A stretch of DNA of 64,000 bases from Eledone cirrhosa. Lineage: Eukaryota. The notes under the pieces are model-generated. The model was not told the DNA's origin. It searched no databases and saw only the letters and a list, made by a program, of their open reading frames with translations. Made by a program: the position numbers and the translations under genes. Where the stretch lies: contig OZ024742.1 in NCBI GenBank assembly GCA_964016885.1, positions 229,338,001 through 229,402,000 on the forward strand, given 5' to 3'. Every line of letters begins with the position of its first letter. The first letter of the stretch is position 1. Shown one piece after another: positions 12,894 to 28,437 of this stretch.

Positions 12894-13356
12894 TGGCTGC
12901 CAACTCGTTTTCGAGTACGGCCACTACTTTATATCCATGTAGGAGAACCCCTACCGATGCGCTGAACGAGTGTGACTTTTTAGTCCAGCCAGCGACTTGA
13001 AAACTCTGGCACAAACACTACACTTGTGACAATTATTGACACATAGTGCTGGGCCCATGGTACCATGTGATGACAAGTGCAGAGAGATCTCCAGATATAA
13101 AGCAATGCCTGTGCCGTGAAGCTTTTTGTAGTGAGCAAAGGCACTGCACAAAGCCAGTCCCACTCTCTTAACCAAGATGATATTTACCAAAAAGAAGAAC
13201 AAGTCAACATCATTGGATACCAGCAGGGTTGCAGGTGTTATATCAGAGTTTTCCTTCTCCTAGAATTCTGCCTTGACAAAGGCTAAGGGGTCATCTCTCC
13301 AGGTGATTTTGGATGGCCATTGACTCTTAAGAGCTCCTTTGCCCTTTGACAGGTTT
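12893..13356 (-). mobile_element. Non-autonomous RTE-derived retroposon (5'-truncated copy)
   Basis: Closely matches 42880-43343 in inverted orientation and carries the C-terminal zinc finger [23 protein letters not shown]. Confidence 0.75.
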
Positions 13357-13479
13357 TGTTTTTATATATATATATGTATGTATATATACATATATATATA
13401 CATACTTATATATTTATATATATATATATAAACACACACACACATATATATACTACATATATACATATGCATACATATA

Positions 13480-13933
13480 CACGATGGAAGCAGTAGAGTG
13501 GGGAGACCCAAGAGCATCTGGGATGAGGTGATAAAGGCCGACCGTAACCAATTGCACCTCTCAAGAGCAATGACACACGACCGTGACCTCTGGCGTCACG
13601 CAGTAATACAGAAGACCCGACCCCCCACAGGAACAAGCCGAAGCTGAAGCATATAGACAATAATCCCCCACACCCTCCCACTGCAAAGTGGTCGTGGAGG
13701 TGCCACGGCAAAAAAGTACCCAGCCCACACTGTAAAGTGGACGTGTCGGCGCCGCAGAAAAAAGCACCCAGCACTCACTATAAATGAGGTTGGTGCTAGG
13801 AAGAGCATCCAGCTGTAGAAATCAAGCCAGAATCAGTTGCTGTATGAGCAAGACCATGTCAGCCGACTGGACACTGCCTACAACAGGCAACCCGTCCAAC
13901 CCACGCCAACGTGGAAGAACGGACGTAAAACGA
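13480..13933 (+). mobile_element. Retroposon fragment (LINE 3' end / SINE tail)
   Basis: GC-richer island with duplicated AAAAAGYACCCAGC..CACT.TAAA motif, AGGAAGAGCATCCAGCTGTAGAAA, and ACGGACGTAAAACGAT terminus into (TA)n. Confidence 0.55.
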
Positions 13934-13944
13934 TATATATATAC

Positions 13945-13976
<32 letters not shown>

Positions 13977-13978
13977 CC

Positions 13979-14029
<51 letters not shown>

Positions 14030-15482
14030 GACTTCGACAAAATTCTACGGATAATAATATAACCTGTATTGTATTGACTGAATTCTCTACTTCAGGGTCT
14101 TTGTGATTCACACTGTATTCTGAGACTCGAACATACACCAGGTATCACCTTAACCATTCCATCTCTTCCATCCTCTATATCTATATGTATTATCTAACTG
14201 CAACTTGATCTGTATTTCCCCTGTGTTTTGATATCTCCGATATGTTCTTATATACTTCCCTTTTACTCCATCACCACCCTAGCTATGACGGCGTTTTATT
14301 TATGTATTTTTACTTTATTAATGTATTTTATCAATGTATTTTTATCTTTGTATTCTGCTTTTATCTATTTATGTATTTTTGCTTATTGTTCCTTTTATTT
14401 AGGTTTTTACTCGCTTACTCTCATTATGTACTTATCATTGTACTCATTAGCACACGACACTAGAATATTACTCTCTGTACCCTTATATCTCTCCCTAGCC
14501 ACCAAAGAACAACACTACCCGGAATAACAGGGACTTAAATATAGTCAATTTGCGCATTTCATCGGGTTTTACCACTTTCAACCTCACATCACTGGTGTGA
14601 ATACATAATAATCGCTTTGTTACACGCGATGATCCGACTGATGTGGTGGCTTTCCCGGCTGCGTGCCTGGCGCTCTGGTGCATTAACCTTCCTTGAGTGC
14701 TTGGAAAAATAATGTTCCCCTTCTTTCGGTAAATGAAATTACTCGGAGCGGATGGCTTCGCCCTTTGGGCCCTCCGCGCCGCCGGTTTTTGACCGCCATA
14801 TAGTACCTTTAAATTCTAGGCCTAACCATAACTATTAGCTGTATCCTGCCTCCCTCTACTGGCACGTAAATAAATCCCCCTTCTGTGTGAATTAATAGTA
14901 TTCGTTTGGTATAACGATGGCTTGACGGCGATGGCAGACTTCCCGCTGGCACACCCGAAGCCTAAGACAGCTACATTCCTGGAGAACTCGGAGAAATTAA
15001 TTTACATCTCTTTCGCTAGACGATATCAGAAATTACCTTCGCTTTTTTTCCCGTTCATTGCCAGGGAGAGTCCTGACAAACCAAAGTATCGTCTTCCTGT
15101 TTTGTTTCAGTTGCAATGTTTTTCGAAATATTTACTTCTGCATCCACAGGATGATTTTTTAGTTTCAGAAGATCCCGTTATGGGCGAAGGCAGCGATTCT
15201 TTGCTTACACTTTAACTATTCTTCCTAGCGTTAGAATATTAGATATGTGTGTGATTATATATCGATCTATATAAATAGATGTAACCGTATATGCATTAAC
15301 TAGTATATAGGTGTAACCGTGTATCTATTAACCGTGATATTTTAACTAGTGGAGATATATATATATATAAATATATACAATCATAGAGATATACGCGTAT
15401 ATACGGTTACATCTATTTATATATGGAATAGAATGAAACGAAATTTCATTTCTCACTCTTAGTACGGCACTTACTTAAATGT

Positions 15483-15532
15483 AAGTATGTATGTATACGT
15501 ACATACATATATGAATACAGACGTACAGTAGC

Positions 15533-15589
<57 letters not shown>

Positions 15590-15971
15590 CAGGCACACAT
15601 ATATATATGCACGTATCAGTTTACCGAACATTTATTATAATGTTCGCTTTGTTCGTTTGTAAACAAACGAACAGCCTGATTTACGCCGTACAGTGTTCAG
15701 GCAACCACGTCACCTTTTTGTTCAACACTGACACAGGAACGATGTACTAGTTTCAAGCTTGTTAACTATCGTCAGCACCGTATACCTTTCTGCCAGATGG
15801 TTGAACGTCCGAAAGTATATACTTTCCTTATGAAAATTAACGGCTGAGCAGCCTAATTTGCATATCGAGTGAGTTCAGTCGACCAGGCGCACCGAAAACG
15901 CTAAACGAACAAAGCGAACATTATAATAAATGTTCGGTAAACTGATACGTGCATATATATATGTGTGCCTG

Positions 15972-16038
<67 letters not shown>

Positions 16039-16092
16039 GCTACTGTACGTCTGTATACATATATGTATGTACGTAGTATACATACATACTTA
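15483..16092. repeat. Long inverted repeat (~180-bp arms, ~240-bp spacer)
   Basis: 15483-15659 is the reverse complement of 15903-16092, including unique sequence ACGTATCAGTTTACCGAACATTTATTATAATGTTCGCTTTGTTCGTTT. Confidence 0.85.
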
Positions 16093-16333
16093 CATCTATT
16101 TATATAGATCGATATATATATATACACACATATCTTATATTCTAATGCTAGGAAGAATAGTTATATTGGTCATATAAAATATTGTTAGAGGGTAATATAT
16201 CATACTATATATGTATATATGGTTAAATATATGTATATAACTTATAATCTAATTTTATGAATAAATTTAGCAACATTTATGGATATATTATTTATATCGA
16301 TCTATATAAATACGCGTATATTTCTATGATTGT

Positions 16334-16810
<477 letters not shown>

Positions 16811-16813
<3 letters not shown>

Positions 16814-19288
16814 TGGGTCCTCGATATACGGTAGTTCTTTATCCGGTAAATTCATAGATACGGTCTTGGGTAATTACTACCATCAATTCTATTTACGGTA
16901 AAAAAAATTCACAGAAACGGTTTTTCGTCGTGTTTTGTTTATATTGTAAAGTAGCGCCACCTGTAGTAAGCAATAAATTCCACATTGAATTCGTGGAAAC
17001 TGACTTCTATTCGAATTCTAGGAAAATTGTGTTACTACTGCTATCGTACTAACTGACCTGACAGAGAAACTGGCCAATCACGAGCGAGTTCAGATATCGG
17101 TCGATGACGTCATAACTCATAACTGATCACTTTAGTTCGGCAAACTAGCCTGTCCTCTCAGCGAGAGAATTTTTGCCGAACTGAAGTGATCAGTTAAGAG
17201 TTATGACGTCATTCAAAGTAAGAGAAAACCCGACGGCGTGTTTTTGGAGCATAATTATCACGGCATATTTTATAACCCCATATCTCATGGCCCCAAAACG
17301 TCCTGCGAATATTGCTGATGCAGACGCATGAGGAAGAGCCTGACTTTGGAGATAAAGCTGGAAATTTTGAAAAGGAAGGAACAGGGCAAGGTACGTCCGC
17401 CATAAGTCGTAACTTAGGCCAAGCGCAGTTCACAGTCTGGACTGTTTTAAAAAATAGTGAGGCTATCCAAAAGGCTGGGGGGAATGCTACGAGTCTACAG
17501 AGTAAATTGTTGACCAAACATGGTGAGCCGATTATGGATAGGACGGAAAGATTGCTCAAAATTTGGATCGACGACCAAAATCGTAAAAATATGCCTCTGT
17601 CTTTAAATGTAATCAGTGAGAAAGCATTGTCCATTATTGACAGGCTCAAGACTGAAATGGGGGTGGAGGACCTTGTATTCATGGCAAGCAAAGGCTGGTT
17701 TGATAAGTTCAAACGACGTTCGAGTCTTCACAACATAAATGTTACAGGTGAGGCTGCCAGTTCCGACAAAATTCAAGGCAGTATTAGAGAAATGCATTGC
17801 AGAGAAGGGGTACAGCAAAAAACAGGTTACTAATTATGATGAAACAGGACTTTATTGGAAAAAGATGAACAGTAATAATTATATTGAGAAGGAGGAGAAA
17901 AGTGTGAAGGGGTTCAAAGCCTGAAAGGACCGCGTTACTCTGTTACTTGGAGGGAATGCAGAAGGAGATTTAAAGCTAAAGCCACTCATTATCTACCATT
18001 CTGAAACTCCAAGAGCACTCAAGGGGTTACTTAAGCAATACCTAACAGTGATATGGAAGTCTAATAAGAAGGCATGACTGATCACTTCAATTCACCAGGA
18101 TCTTTTCACCTCATATCTGTCACCAACACTTAAGGAATATGCATTAGCTAACAACGTTGCCAACCGTTTTCTGCTATTAGTAGACAACGCTCCCAGCCAC
18201 CCACAGGCAATGGAAGACTGGTCAGAAAATATTGAGGTTTTGTTTCTCCCCCCAAACACCACAGCTCTCATTCAGCCGATGGATCGAACAGTCATCAAAA
18301 CATTTAAGGCATACTACCAGCGAGAACCACACAGAAGCTGATAAAGGGCACAGATGGGCCTGACAAGCCCACGATCAGGGAATGATGGAAATTGTACAAC
18401 ATCAAGCACGGCTTAGACAACATCAAGGCATCTTGGGAAGAAGTGAAGCAGTCTACCATGAACTTGGCCTGGAATAAATTATGGCCAGCATGTGTGAATG
18501 ACTTCCAAGGCTTTGCTGAGGACATTGGTGCGATAAAAAAAAGATATTGTAAATCTCTGCCATAGAGCTGGCTTCGATGGTGTTAATGATGAGGATGTGC
18601 AAAACCTTTTGGAAAGCCACGCTGAACCACTCTCCAATGATGAACTCATAGAACTAGACAAGGCGGTACAGGAGACAGAAAAAGAAGAAGAGGTGGAAGA
18701 AGAACATGTGCGTGGCTTGGACATAAACACTCTAAGAGAATGTCTCCGGAGTATCGAAACAATCTTAGAAACCCTGAAGAGCGTGACCCCAACTCTGCTA
18801 GGAGCAGCAAAGTGGCTCAAGACGTCGAGAAAAGCGTCAAGATTTACCAAGAAATGTATGAAGCCAAAAGAAACTCTGCCAAAATCCTCCATCTACTCTT
18901 TCTTCAAGCCAGTCACACCTGCCAACCGTGCTACAGCTGGCCCTTCAACATCTACTGGAGTCAACGAGTTTGTTGGTTTTTAGTCTCCCACATCACCCTC
19001 ATCCTCCCCTGCCAACTCAGCCCAAGATGAGTAAGGGCTGAAACCCATACCGTCCCTTAGCCTCGGGAGGGACAAATGAAGAGGCACATCATCTGATGGA
19101 CTACACGGCATGTATAAGGTACGGTAAATAAAAAAAAAAACATTATTTCTTTTCAGGATGGATGACTTTTTCGATGTACTGGAACGCATCCCTATCTATT
19201 TCATGTTATAATGAGTTCTTTATACGGTAATTCGATATACGGTAAGGGTTTCTGGAACGCATATATACCGTATATCGAGCACTCACTG
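16811..19288 (+). mobile_element. Tigger/pogo DNA transposon, full length but decayed
   Basis: TA TSD; 23-bp TIRs CAGTGGGTCCTCGATATACGGTA / CAGTGAGTGCTCGATATACGGTA; about 2.5 kb. Confidence 0.92.
17287..18983 (+). pseudogene. Tigger/CENP-B-like transposase pseudogene
   Basis: MAPKRP start, FMASKGWFDKFKRR, NYDETGLYWKKM, KDRVTLLLGGNAEGDLKLKP, LLVDNAPSHP, FLPPNTTALIQPMD; several frameshifts and stops. Confidence 0.92.
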
Positions 19289-19297
19289 TATACATAC

Positions 19298-19336
<39 letters not shown>

Positions 19337-19337
19337 C

Positions 19338-19441
<104 letters not shown>

Positions 19442-19777
19442 AAGGAAGTGTGGTAAGGGACCAGGTGGACCGTAACACACCAGAGTACTCAATACTTAGG
19501 GTAGTAGAGTGTGTAACAGGTAATTTTTAGCGTGGTAATAAATAGCCTAATAGGATATTTATTACCACGCTAAAAATCTAATTTAGTCCAGAAATAGACG
19601 TCGAAACGGCTTGAGCTCTGCCGTCGGGGTATTGAACATTTTCCTATATATAAATATATATATGTGTAAGTATATATATGAGAATATATATATGTTTATG
19701 CATATATACATATACATGCATATATAGGTATATATATATATAAACAGAGAGAGGGAGAGAGAGAAAAGGAGAGAAAG

Positions 19778-19851
<74 letters not shown>

Positions 19852-19879
19852 GAGATAGATATACATAGGTAGATACATT

Positions 19880-20115
19880 TCTTTATTAGCCACAAGGGCA
19901 CAAAAGAAGGGGACAAATACAGATGGGGAGTTTACATACAAGTATATGAAAATAAAACTATTAATAAAATAACAAATAACAATTGAAATCCCCAAATAGA
20001 GGGGATGCGTTGCACAGGATTTGTACACGCTCCGAAAAAATGTACAACCCTCATCTCCAGGAGCACCAAGAGTGAGTACTCCCCTCCTCTCTTCCTTCTT
20101 TTTCCCCAACCTACA
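19880..20115 (-). mobile_element. Tx1/L1-like LINE 3' UTR fragment
   Basis: Inverted homologue of 20910-21182. Confidence 0.6.
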
Positions 20116-20659
20116 GGCTTATATAGAGAGAAGGCCCAACCACTTGGGCCATCTTTGCTACATTCACCCACCTTTTATAAAATTTACTGGGGTACAGCAC
20201 CTCTCTCTTCATCCTGATTCTTCTTCCAAAATAGATATACATAGATAGATAAATAGAGAGGAAGAGAGAGAGTTCACCTGAATGACATGCGCAACAGTTT
20301 AGTCACAGTTCACATCTCCAGTCATCTTGACAGGAGAAGTAATCAAAAGAATCTAGCGAAGTATTGCGGATTCTACAGTCAGTTGTATTTATTTAACCCA
20401 TGTGTTATTATACTGTCCAAAACGTCTCTGGTTCTATGAAACAAAACCACCTGTTTTAAAATATTGATATAAGAATCATATATTAAGTTACAAACTTAAT
20501 AAAGAAACAATATATCATTTTAGTAAATAACTTCAATATCTCCATTGGTTTATATATTCAGGCAAGACAGGGATAATTGATTGGCTACAAATCTGTCCAA
20601 AATCGCACGTTTTAAATGGTTTTTATTTAAATTTATATCTTATATCCTCCCCTCTTCAA

Positions 20660-21182
20660 AAACGAAGGAAGGGCGGTGTTTCTGTGCGTAAAAGCCATGG
20701 TGAAAGAAGTTGTATGGTGGACGCGTCTGAAAGGACTGAGGTCAGACACCTTTCTCTCTGGCCAACAACTGGTCCGTGTCTTCCGATATTATTTCGGAAG
20801 AAGGATCAGGATGGAGAGAGAGGTGCTGCATTCCAGCCGTTTTTATGAAAGATGGCTGAAAGTGGCGAGAATGGCCCGTGTGAATGGGCTTTCACTCTAC
20901 ATCAGACTATAGGTGAGAAAGATGAAAGATCAAAGGAGCACCCTCTCTCTGTGCTCCTGAGGAGAAGGGTTGCACACTTTTTTCGGGGATGTGTGCGACC
21001 CCACCCAAGGCGCCTCCTCCCTATTGAGGATTTTATTATTCAATTTATTTTTGTTATATTTTATATTTTTATATTTTTATATTTTGTTATTGCCTCCTCC
21101 TTATTGAGGACGCCTTTTTATGTAAACTCCCCCCCTTTGTACTTGTCCCACTCTTTGATGCCCTGGTGGCAAATAAAAAGAA
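20660..21182 (+). mobile_element. Tx1/L1-like LINE 3' end (ORF2 C-terminus + 3' UTR)
   Basis: ORF 20676-20912 (KEVVWWTRLKGL..FRYY..IRMERE..FYERW) resembles L1/Tx1 ORF2 C-termini. It ends in AATAAA followed by an A-rich tail. Confidence 0.6.
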
Positions 21183-21943
21183 AGTTATCTTATATCAATA
21201 CGACCTTAGTAATGAAATAATTAATCATATGTACGATTCCAGGCGCTGTGTTGTGTTCTTGAACAAGATACTTCATTTCAGGTTGTTATCATTTAAACAC
21301 CCAAGAAACCAGCTATACGATGCAAACTCTAAAGAGACCAGCTAAACGTGCATAGGTGTGAACTGTAACAGACGCACACACATACGCACACACACACGCG
21401 CGCGCATACACACACACGCACACACACACACACATACACACACATGCACACACACACACACATATATATATATAATGTTAGAAGGTAAACGGGAAGTAAA
21501 CAAGAGAAGAAAAGTATCCCTTCATTTACCTCTAACACTTCCTTTTCAGTAACCACACAGGCTGCCTCTTCACCTATACACACATATATATATATAAATA
21601 TATATATATATAATTTGTGGTCTCTTCCATAATTAGTGTTTACTAAGACATTGTACACCTGCGCCTCACCTATGCACAGATGATTCAGATTTCATTATTT
21701 CTTGTATACCACAGAGAATAAACTGCGAAGGAAATATATTGAGGTCATCTTGAGAAGATAAAAGATGATAAATGAAAATAGATAGATCGATAGCGAGGGC
21801 AAGCTCTTGTTATTTTAAACTTAATATTCTGTTTTATTAAATAATAACCATTCACATGGTGATACGAAAACTGATTAAACAAACTTCCTAATTACACGAG
21901 AGAGGGAGAGAAAGATAGATAGATAGATAGATAGATAGGGAGA

Positions 21944-22036
<93 letters not shown>

Positions 22037-22789
22037 GTCGCGACAGAATTTAATTTATTCTCTTCAACTTTATTCCAAACGACTCTTTGTATTTTTTTTA
22101 ACTTGAACTGACGAAACACTAAAGAACAAAGAATTACAAAAGAGAAAAACGAACACTAAAAAAAAAAAAAATCTATTTAACTCACTCACTCTCGGTAACA
22201 ATTAGTAAAGTATTCAAGAATGGTATTCTGTTGATTGTCAAAGGCTCACCTGCCAACATCATACAACAAGTATTCTAAACAAAATTCCCAAAGATTTCTT
22301 TTTTCTTTTCAGTTTTTTTTTTTTTGCAGAGATAGAAAACAAAAGGTATTAATTAGAAACATGAAAAATGAACAAACTTTCTGTTCTAATTAAGACACCT
22401 ACTTTGTATACTTAGTAAATTGTTCTGTAAAACTGAATACAAAAGCATAATTTCAAGCAAATATCGGTGTTTTATTAACCAGCTGGATAATTGATGGTGT
22501 GCAGAATTTCCGTATCATATATATATGTAAATAGGGTGACACAAAGCAGGCTTTGTTTACAAACGGCTAGCGAATTTGAAAATTAGGTAGTAACATGTGC
22601 TTACGCCGTATTTGACTAAATAGAATTAGTCTGTTAGTTGGGATTTAAAAAAAAAACTCTCTGAATGGAAAAAAAGGTGAGTATTGACGTACATGGGACA
22701 CGAACCCACATCTTTGTTTTGCCGTCAATACTCATGCTTTTGTTCATTCAGATGGTTTTTATTGAAATTCCATCTAACAGAGGAAGAAT

Positions 22790-22945
22790 CGATCCCGGTA
22801 CTGGACTGGTAATTATTCTATCGACCTCGAAAAGATGAAAGGCAAAGTTGACCACAGCGGGATTTGAACTCAGAGCGCACAATGAGGTGGGACGAATACC
22901 GTAAAACATTCTATCCGACGTCTTAACGAATCTGCCAATTCGCCG
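22790..22945 (-). mobile_element. tRNA-derived SINE copy (diverged)
   Basis: GATGAAAGGCAAAGTTGACC and GGATTTGAACTCAG motifs. Confidence 0.75.
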
Positions 22946-23522
22946 CCTGGCATTACCAACAATCAAAGAACCGCCATATTCTTCAGGTGTGTTAGATTCT
23001 TCAAGTCTAAGAGAAATGAAATAATATATCATACAGTTTCCAAAGCCGAGGCAGCAGGAAATATAAATAACGTGTAGTAATACGTTCTCAAATCTCCTAA
23101 GATATTATGACTGCATGGCATACTTATAATGTCGCTAGAAATAGCAGAATAAAAACCGTCTGGGACAGCTCGACAAATTTCGGAGCAGTTTAATATTAAG
23201 GAAAGGTTAATTAGTCCCTAATACCCAAACATCTCAATGAAAGAAACTTCTCAGAGAAGCAATATTACATATTAAAATTAAATGAGAAAAAACTCTAATT
23301 ACGGGAGTATAGACAAAGTAGACGGAAATTTGTTTTTCCTCTAACTTCACTTATATATAGGACTCCCTACCATGGTTTCGTAATTATGATGTCAAAATCG
23401 TCAGTAAACATTGTCTTAAAACATACATTACAACTTTTACATGAACAATTCAAGTGAAATTAATTTGTTTGTTAAAAGGTCCAGACAGTAAAACTCTCAT
23501 TGCCAAAATGACGCACATTTAA

Positions 23523-24315
23523 TCTATATCTATAAACGAAAATGTCTCTCTGTCTGCAGGCAGTCTGTGCATTTCCACAGTTTCCATCTGATTTTGATCA
23601 GATTTGATACATTGCCGGAACATGTGAGCATATAGCTTAAATCTTACTCTCCACTAAAATAGCGGGTTTATTTAAAGACGGTCTTCATTGACAGTGGCGA
23701 CAGTGGAGAACAAGAGAGAAAGAGAGTCAGAGAGATTGAGAGAGAGAGAGAATGAAACAGTGGGAGTAGTAACTAAAGCCATAGTAGGAGTAGCTATATA
23801 AAAGCGGTGGTGTTGGTGGGAGTGAGCCGTGGTAGTAGTAAGAGTACAGAAAACAGTGACAGTAGAAGTAAGGTGTGTGACGTCATAAGATAGACGCTGC
23901 ACAAATGTTCAGTTAAGTTTGATTTATTTCTGTCAGATTAATGGCAGATTTATGATATCATTTAAGAACATGTTGCAAATGGAATCTCTATATTTTATTT
24001 TCTCTCGCTTGGAAAACTATTACCATGTGAAAAAAAAAGGTTTAATTTGTCGTCTGCTTTGCAGGGTCTTCATTGAGAGTGGCGAGGGTGGAAGAAGACA
24101 GATGTGGTAGCAGTGTTTGTAGAAAAATACAGACGGGGTGAGGCAGGTCTTCCATGTCAACATAATCTTGATGAATTTGAATATAGTTTGAATCTTGCTC
24201 TTATCTAAAATAGCAGAGTTTTGGGGGCTATTTAAAGACGGTTTCGTTGAGGAGAGAGGGGGTTTAATTTACAGTGGCGAAAGATGTGCCCAGCAACGAC
24301 GGGCTCTGTTGCTAG
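23523..24315 (+). mobile_element. Non-autonomous Helitron
   Basis: 5' A^TCTATATCTATAAA; 3' hairpin GCCCAGCAACGACGGGC about 11 nt before CTAG^T; inserted between A and T with no TSD. Confidence 0.8.
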
Positions 24316-24564
24316 TATACAATATAAAAACTACGCGCTTTTAGAATTGGACATCGTACAGTGTGACTTAAAATGCCAGAGGTTATTTGGAAAGCCTGTA
24401 ATAGGTTACTAAATTCTCTAATATGAACAACTCAATCTAGATTAATTAAATTAATTAAAGTGAGTAGCAATAATATGGATATAGAATAATATATAATTAT
24501 TTCAGTCATATTACACCATAAACAATAACTCAATACAATTGTATATACAATTATATATATATAT

Positions 24565-24760
24565 ATTTATAAAAATAACAGATTAAAGTTTAAGCAAAGA
24601 AACGCTGCTTTCACCCTTAACGGGATCTTCTGAACGGTGAAAGCAGCGATTCTTTGCTTAAACTTTAATCTGTTATTTTAATAAATATTTGCTCTAGGGT
24701 TCTTATATATTTATCCTTATCGAGCTCTCTTTGGATTTTAGTCTCCACATTTATTCTTAT
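24565..24760. repeat. Fold-back Penelope-like terminal fragment (~55-bp arms); family also at ~15165-15215 and 26160-26217
   Basis: AAATAACAGATTAAAGTTTAAGCAAAGA..CGCTGCTTTCACC and its reverse complement around a 20-nt loop; flanked by (TA)n. Confidence 0.75.
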
Positions 24761-24763
24761 TAC

Positions 24764-24805
<42 letters not shown>

Positions 24806-24806
24806 C

Positions 24807-24861
<55 letters not shown>

Positions 24862-24862
24862 A

Positions 24863-24900
<38 letters not shown>

Positions 24901-25993
24901 AGATTAAAAAATATGGTGATCTTACATAAATCGTTTATTGATTATAATTATTTCAACGGTTTCCCATGCAATCAAGATGCATTTGTTGCTGTTATGAGAA
25001 ACGGTATCCTTAGATGAAATTCGAAAAAAAAACACACGTCCTTCAGCTCGTGCGTCCACCAGACATATGTATATATATATAATTTGTATCTTTGTGTCTA
25101 AGTTAGAAATCAGTGCATATTTCCATTCTTTCATCCATCCATTCATCCATCCGAAACCTCGGTTGAAGTCGTTGGCATGTAAACCTGGCGGAATCCTTCC
25201 CTCTACATATCGGGACACAACTTTTCTTTCGGTGTAGAGTGGAGATTCCACCGAGAAAGAGACATAGAAGACAAATCTAGCCTAGTATTAGACAGGTACT
25301 TTATCTCGTGACTTGGAAGGGATGAAAGCCTAAAACAATATCGGCAGGACTACAACGAATAACGTTAAGCCTTTTATCTAACGTTTAAAAGCTCTGCCAA
25401 TTCACCGACATCTATATACTACTAAAACTTTGTAATTGCTTGCTTGCTTGTCTGTAATGTAGTACAGACAAAAGGGCGCATAATGGGAAATTACTTTGAA
25501 AGCAAGTTGACCCTGAAATGGGGATACAAATGGAATAAAACAAGTTTCGCGTAAATCCGAGCACTGGTTCCCGAGATATGGGGTTTTCCGAGTACTTTCA
25601 TAAACAGAGAGAGAGAAAGAAAGAGAGAAAGTTAGAGAAAAAGAGATAGTGGTAGTGAGAGTAAATTGAAAGAGAAACATAGAAAGAGGGAGAGGAGAAA
25701 TAGAAGGAGAATGGAAGAGAGCGAGAGAGGTGGTGGTGTTGTGTATATATATATGTGAGTGTGTGTGTATGTGTGTGCGTGTATTTTAAAAAATAAGGTG
25801 TGGCACCCCATTCTGAACTTGTTTATAGAATTCTTTCTGCCTTTGTCACTCTAAATATAAATTATAGCCTTAAATAATTAGCTTTTAATGAATTCCCTTT
25901 TCTTTCAACCACTGACCACCACCCATCCCACTCCCCACCCTCTCCTACCACCTGAAAAGATATAAATACCACAACATTTAGTTTTGGAAAGCC

Positions 25994-26044
25994 AGATTCC
26001 TGAAGATTTCTAAAGAATGAAACAGTTCTAGTCCTCTAGAATCT
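25994..26044 (+). ncRNA. Type I hammerhead ribozyme (one stem III mismatch)
   Basis: AGATTC-CTGAAGA-TTTC TAAA GAAT-GAAA-CAG TTCTAGTC CTC-TA-GAATCT. Confidence 0.7.
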
Positions 26045-26046
26045 CA

Positions 26047-26144
<98 letters not shown>

Positions 26145-26594
26145 ATATATATATATTTATTAAAATAACAGATTAAAGTTTAAGCAAAGAATCGCTGCTT
26201 TCACCCTTAACGGGATCTATATATATATACTAGACTGTGGATGCTACTATGAATAAATTAATAGGAAGTTCGCAGCGCAATCGTCCGGGTCCAGGTTCAA
26301 CCCAACTGCCTGATATGTTTAACAAGTGTCATTTTCCATAGCTTCACGTAAAACCACCCTTTATCAGAGAAATTGATTTACATGGAAGCCATTTGGAATC
26401 CTGTCACGAAGAATTACCCTGAGAATTCCGTTAGAGTAACACGAATCTATTGAAATTTCACTCATTTACCCGTTAATTTCACGCATATGCTGTTCCGTTG
26501 ATCGAACAACTGAAACGCTGCTCATTGAAACCGACGGATGTCCTTCAAATTCCATACTAGATTAATGACAATCTAAATATCAGTGAGTGTTGTA

Positions 26595-26880
26595 CCTCCA
26601 TCGGTCGCGACGATAAGTGTTCTGGTTGTTAAAACAACGGATCAGTCTGCTCGTGAAACTGACATACATTCCATAGACTTGTGCACACTTAATGTTAAGC
26701 GGGTGCAGCGTGACACAATGTAGAATAGGTCTAGACCTTTTTACTATAGGCAGAACTAATTTTTGCCAGCAACGTGAAATAAAGTGTCTTGCTCAAAGAC
26801 AAAAAGCACCGTTGGTAATTAAACTGGCAACATTTCGATTGCGAACCAAACACACTAAACGCTAAGCTATGCGTCTTCAC
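26595..26880 (-). mobile_element. tRNA-derived SINE, second family
   Basis: GAAATAAAGTGTCTTGCTCAA core shared with 46725-46750 and, inverted, with 21255-21280. Confidence 0.65.
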
Positions 26881-27649
26881 AAGTAAAACATTGAACAGCA
26901 ACATTGAATTTATAGTGGTCATGTGCATTTAATTACTTTTAAAACTCTGTATACAAGTTTGAATCACGAATCTTTTAAGAAACCAATTGTCTCGATGCTA
27001 GACATCTTTAGTTTTGTAATATGTCTGACAGGTGATCTACGAGTGTCCAACTTTTTAGTGACCGAAGGCTAGCTGTCAGTATTGATGTTAGAAAATACAT
27101 AATGCGTTAATGAAGGCATATAAATCTCCTACTCAATATGGTTGCCGTCAGCAAACATTGCTTTAGTTTTAATATATATATTTTTTTTCGTTTTTGGCTG
27201 TTACTTTAAATAGTTCGTGCAACTCACTTTATGGATGACATTTTGGCAAGTTTTGCTCGTCATCTAGCCTGGAATATTGACGTCTCAGGTTATGGAAAGC
27301 TAAATAGAAATAAAACTAAGACAAAATAAAATGTGGTGATATATATGCACAACTATCTTCCTTAGAAAAATCTGACTCACTGTTAAAAGTGTCTGCGAAT
27401 GCAGTAAGTGGAGGTGAAGAGATTCACTTGAAAATATGTCTTTGTACGCGATGAATTGAAGAGATTTCTGGAGATAAGATGGCGTGTCAGTTGATAATCT
27501 TTCGTTTCTCATTAAATACTAAATTTTGCGTCTGTACAGAAACAGTAAAACAGTACAGGATTTAATGGAATCTACGTATGTAAACATTTAAACATGTCTT
27601 ATCTAAGTATTTAATATATAATTACTACAGTACCAATAGAGTGTGGGCG

Positions 27650-28437
<788 letters not shown>

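Noticed and set aside
24600-24640. Hammerhead in the 24565 fold-back family
   Set aside because: The core reads CAGAAGA in both copies that cover it, and no UH or stem I follows GAAA.
27381-27531. Coding exon on the minus strand
   Set aside because: Splice-like sites exist, but the best acceptor gives stops in all frames. At most it is a non-coding exon.
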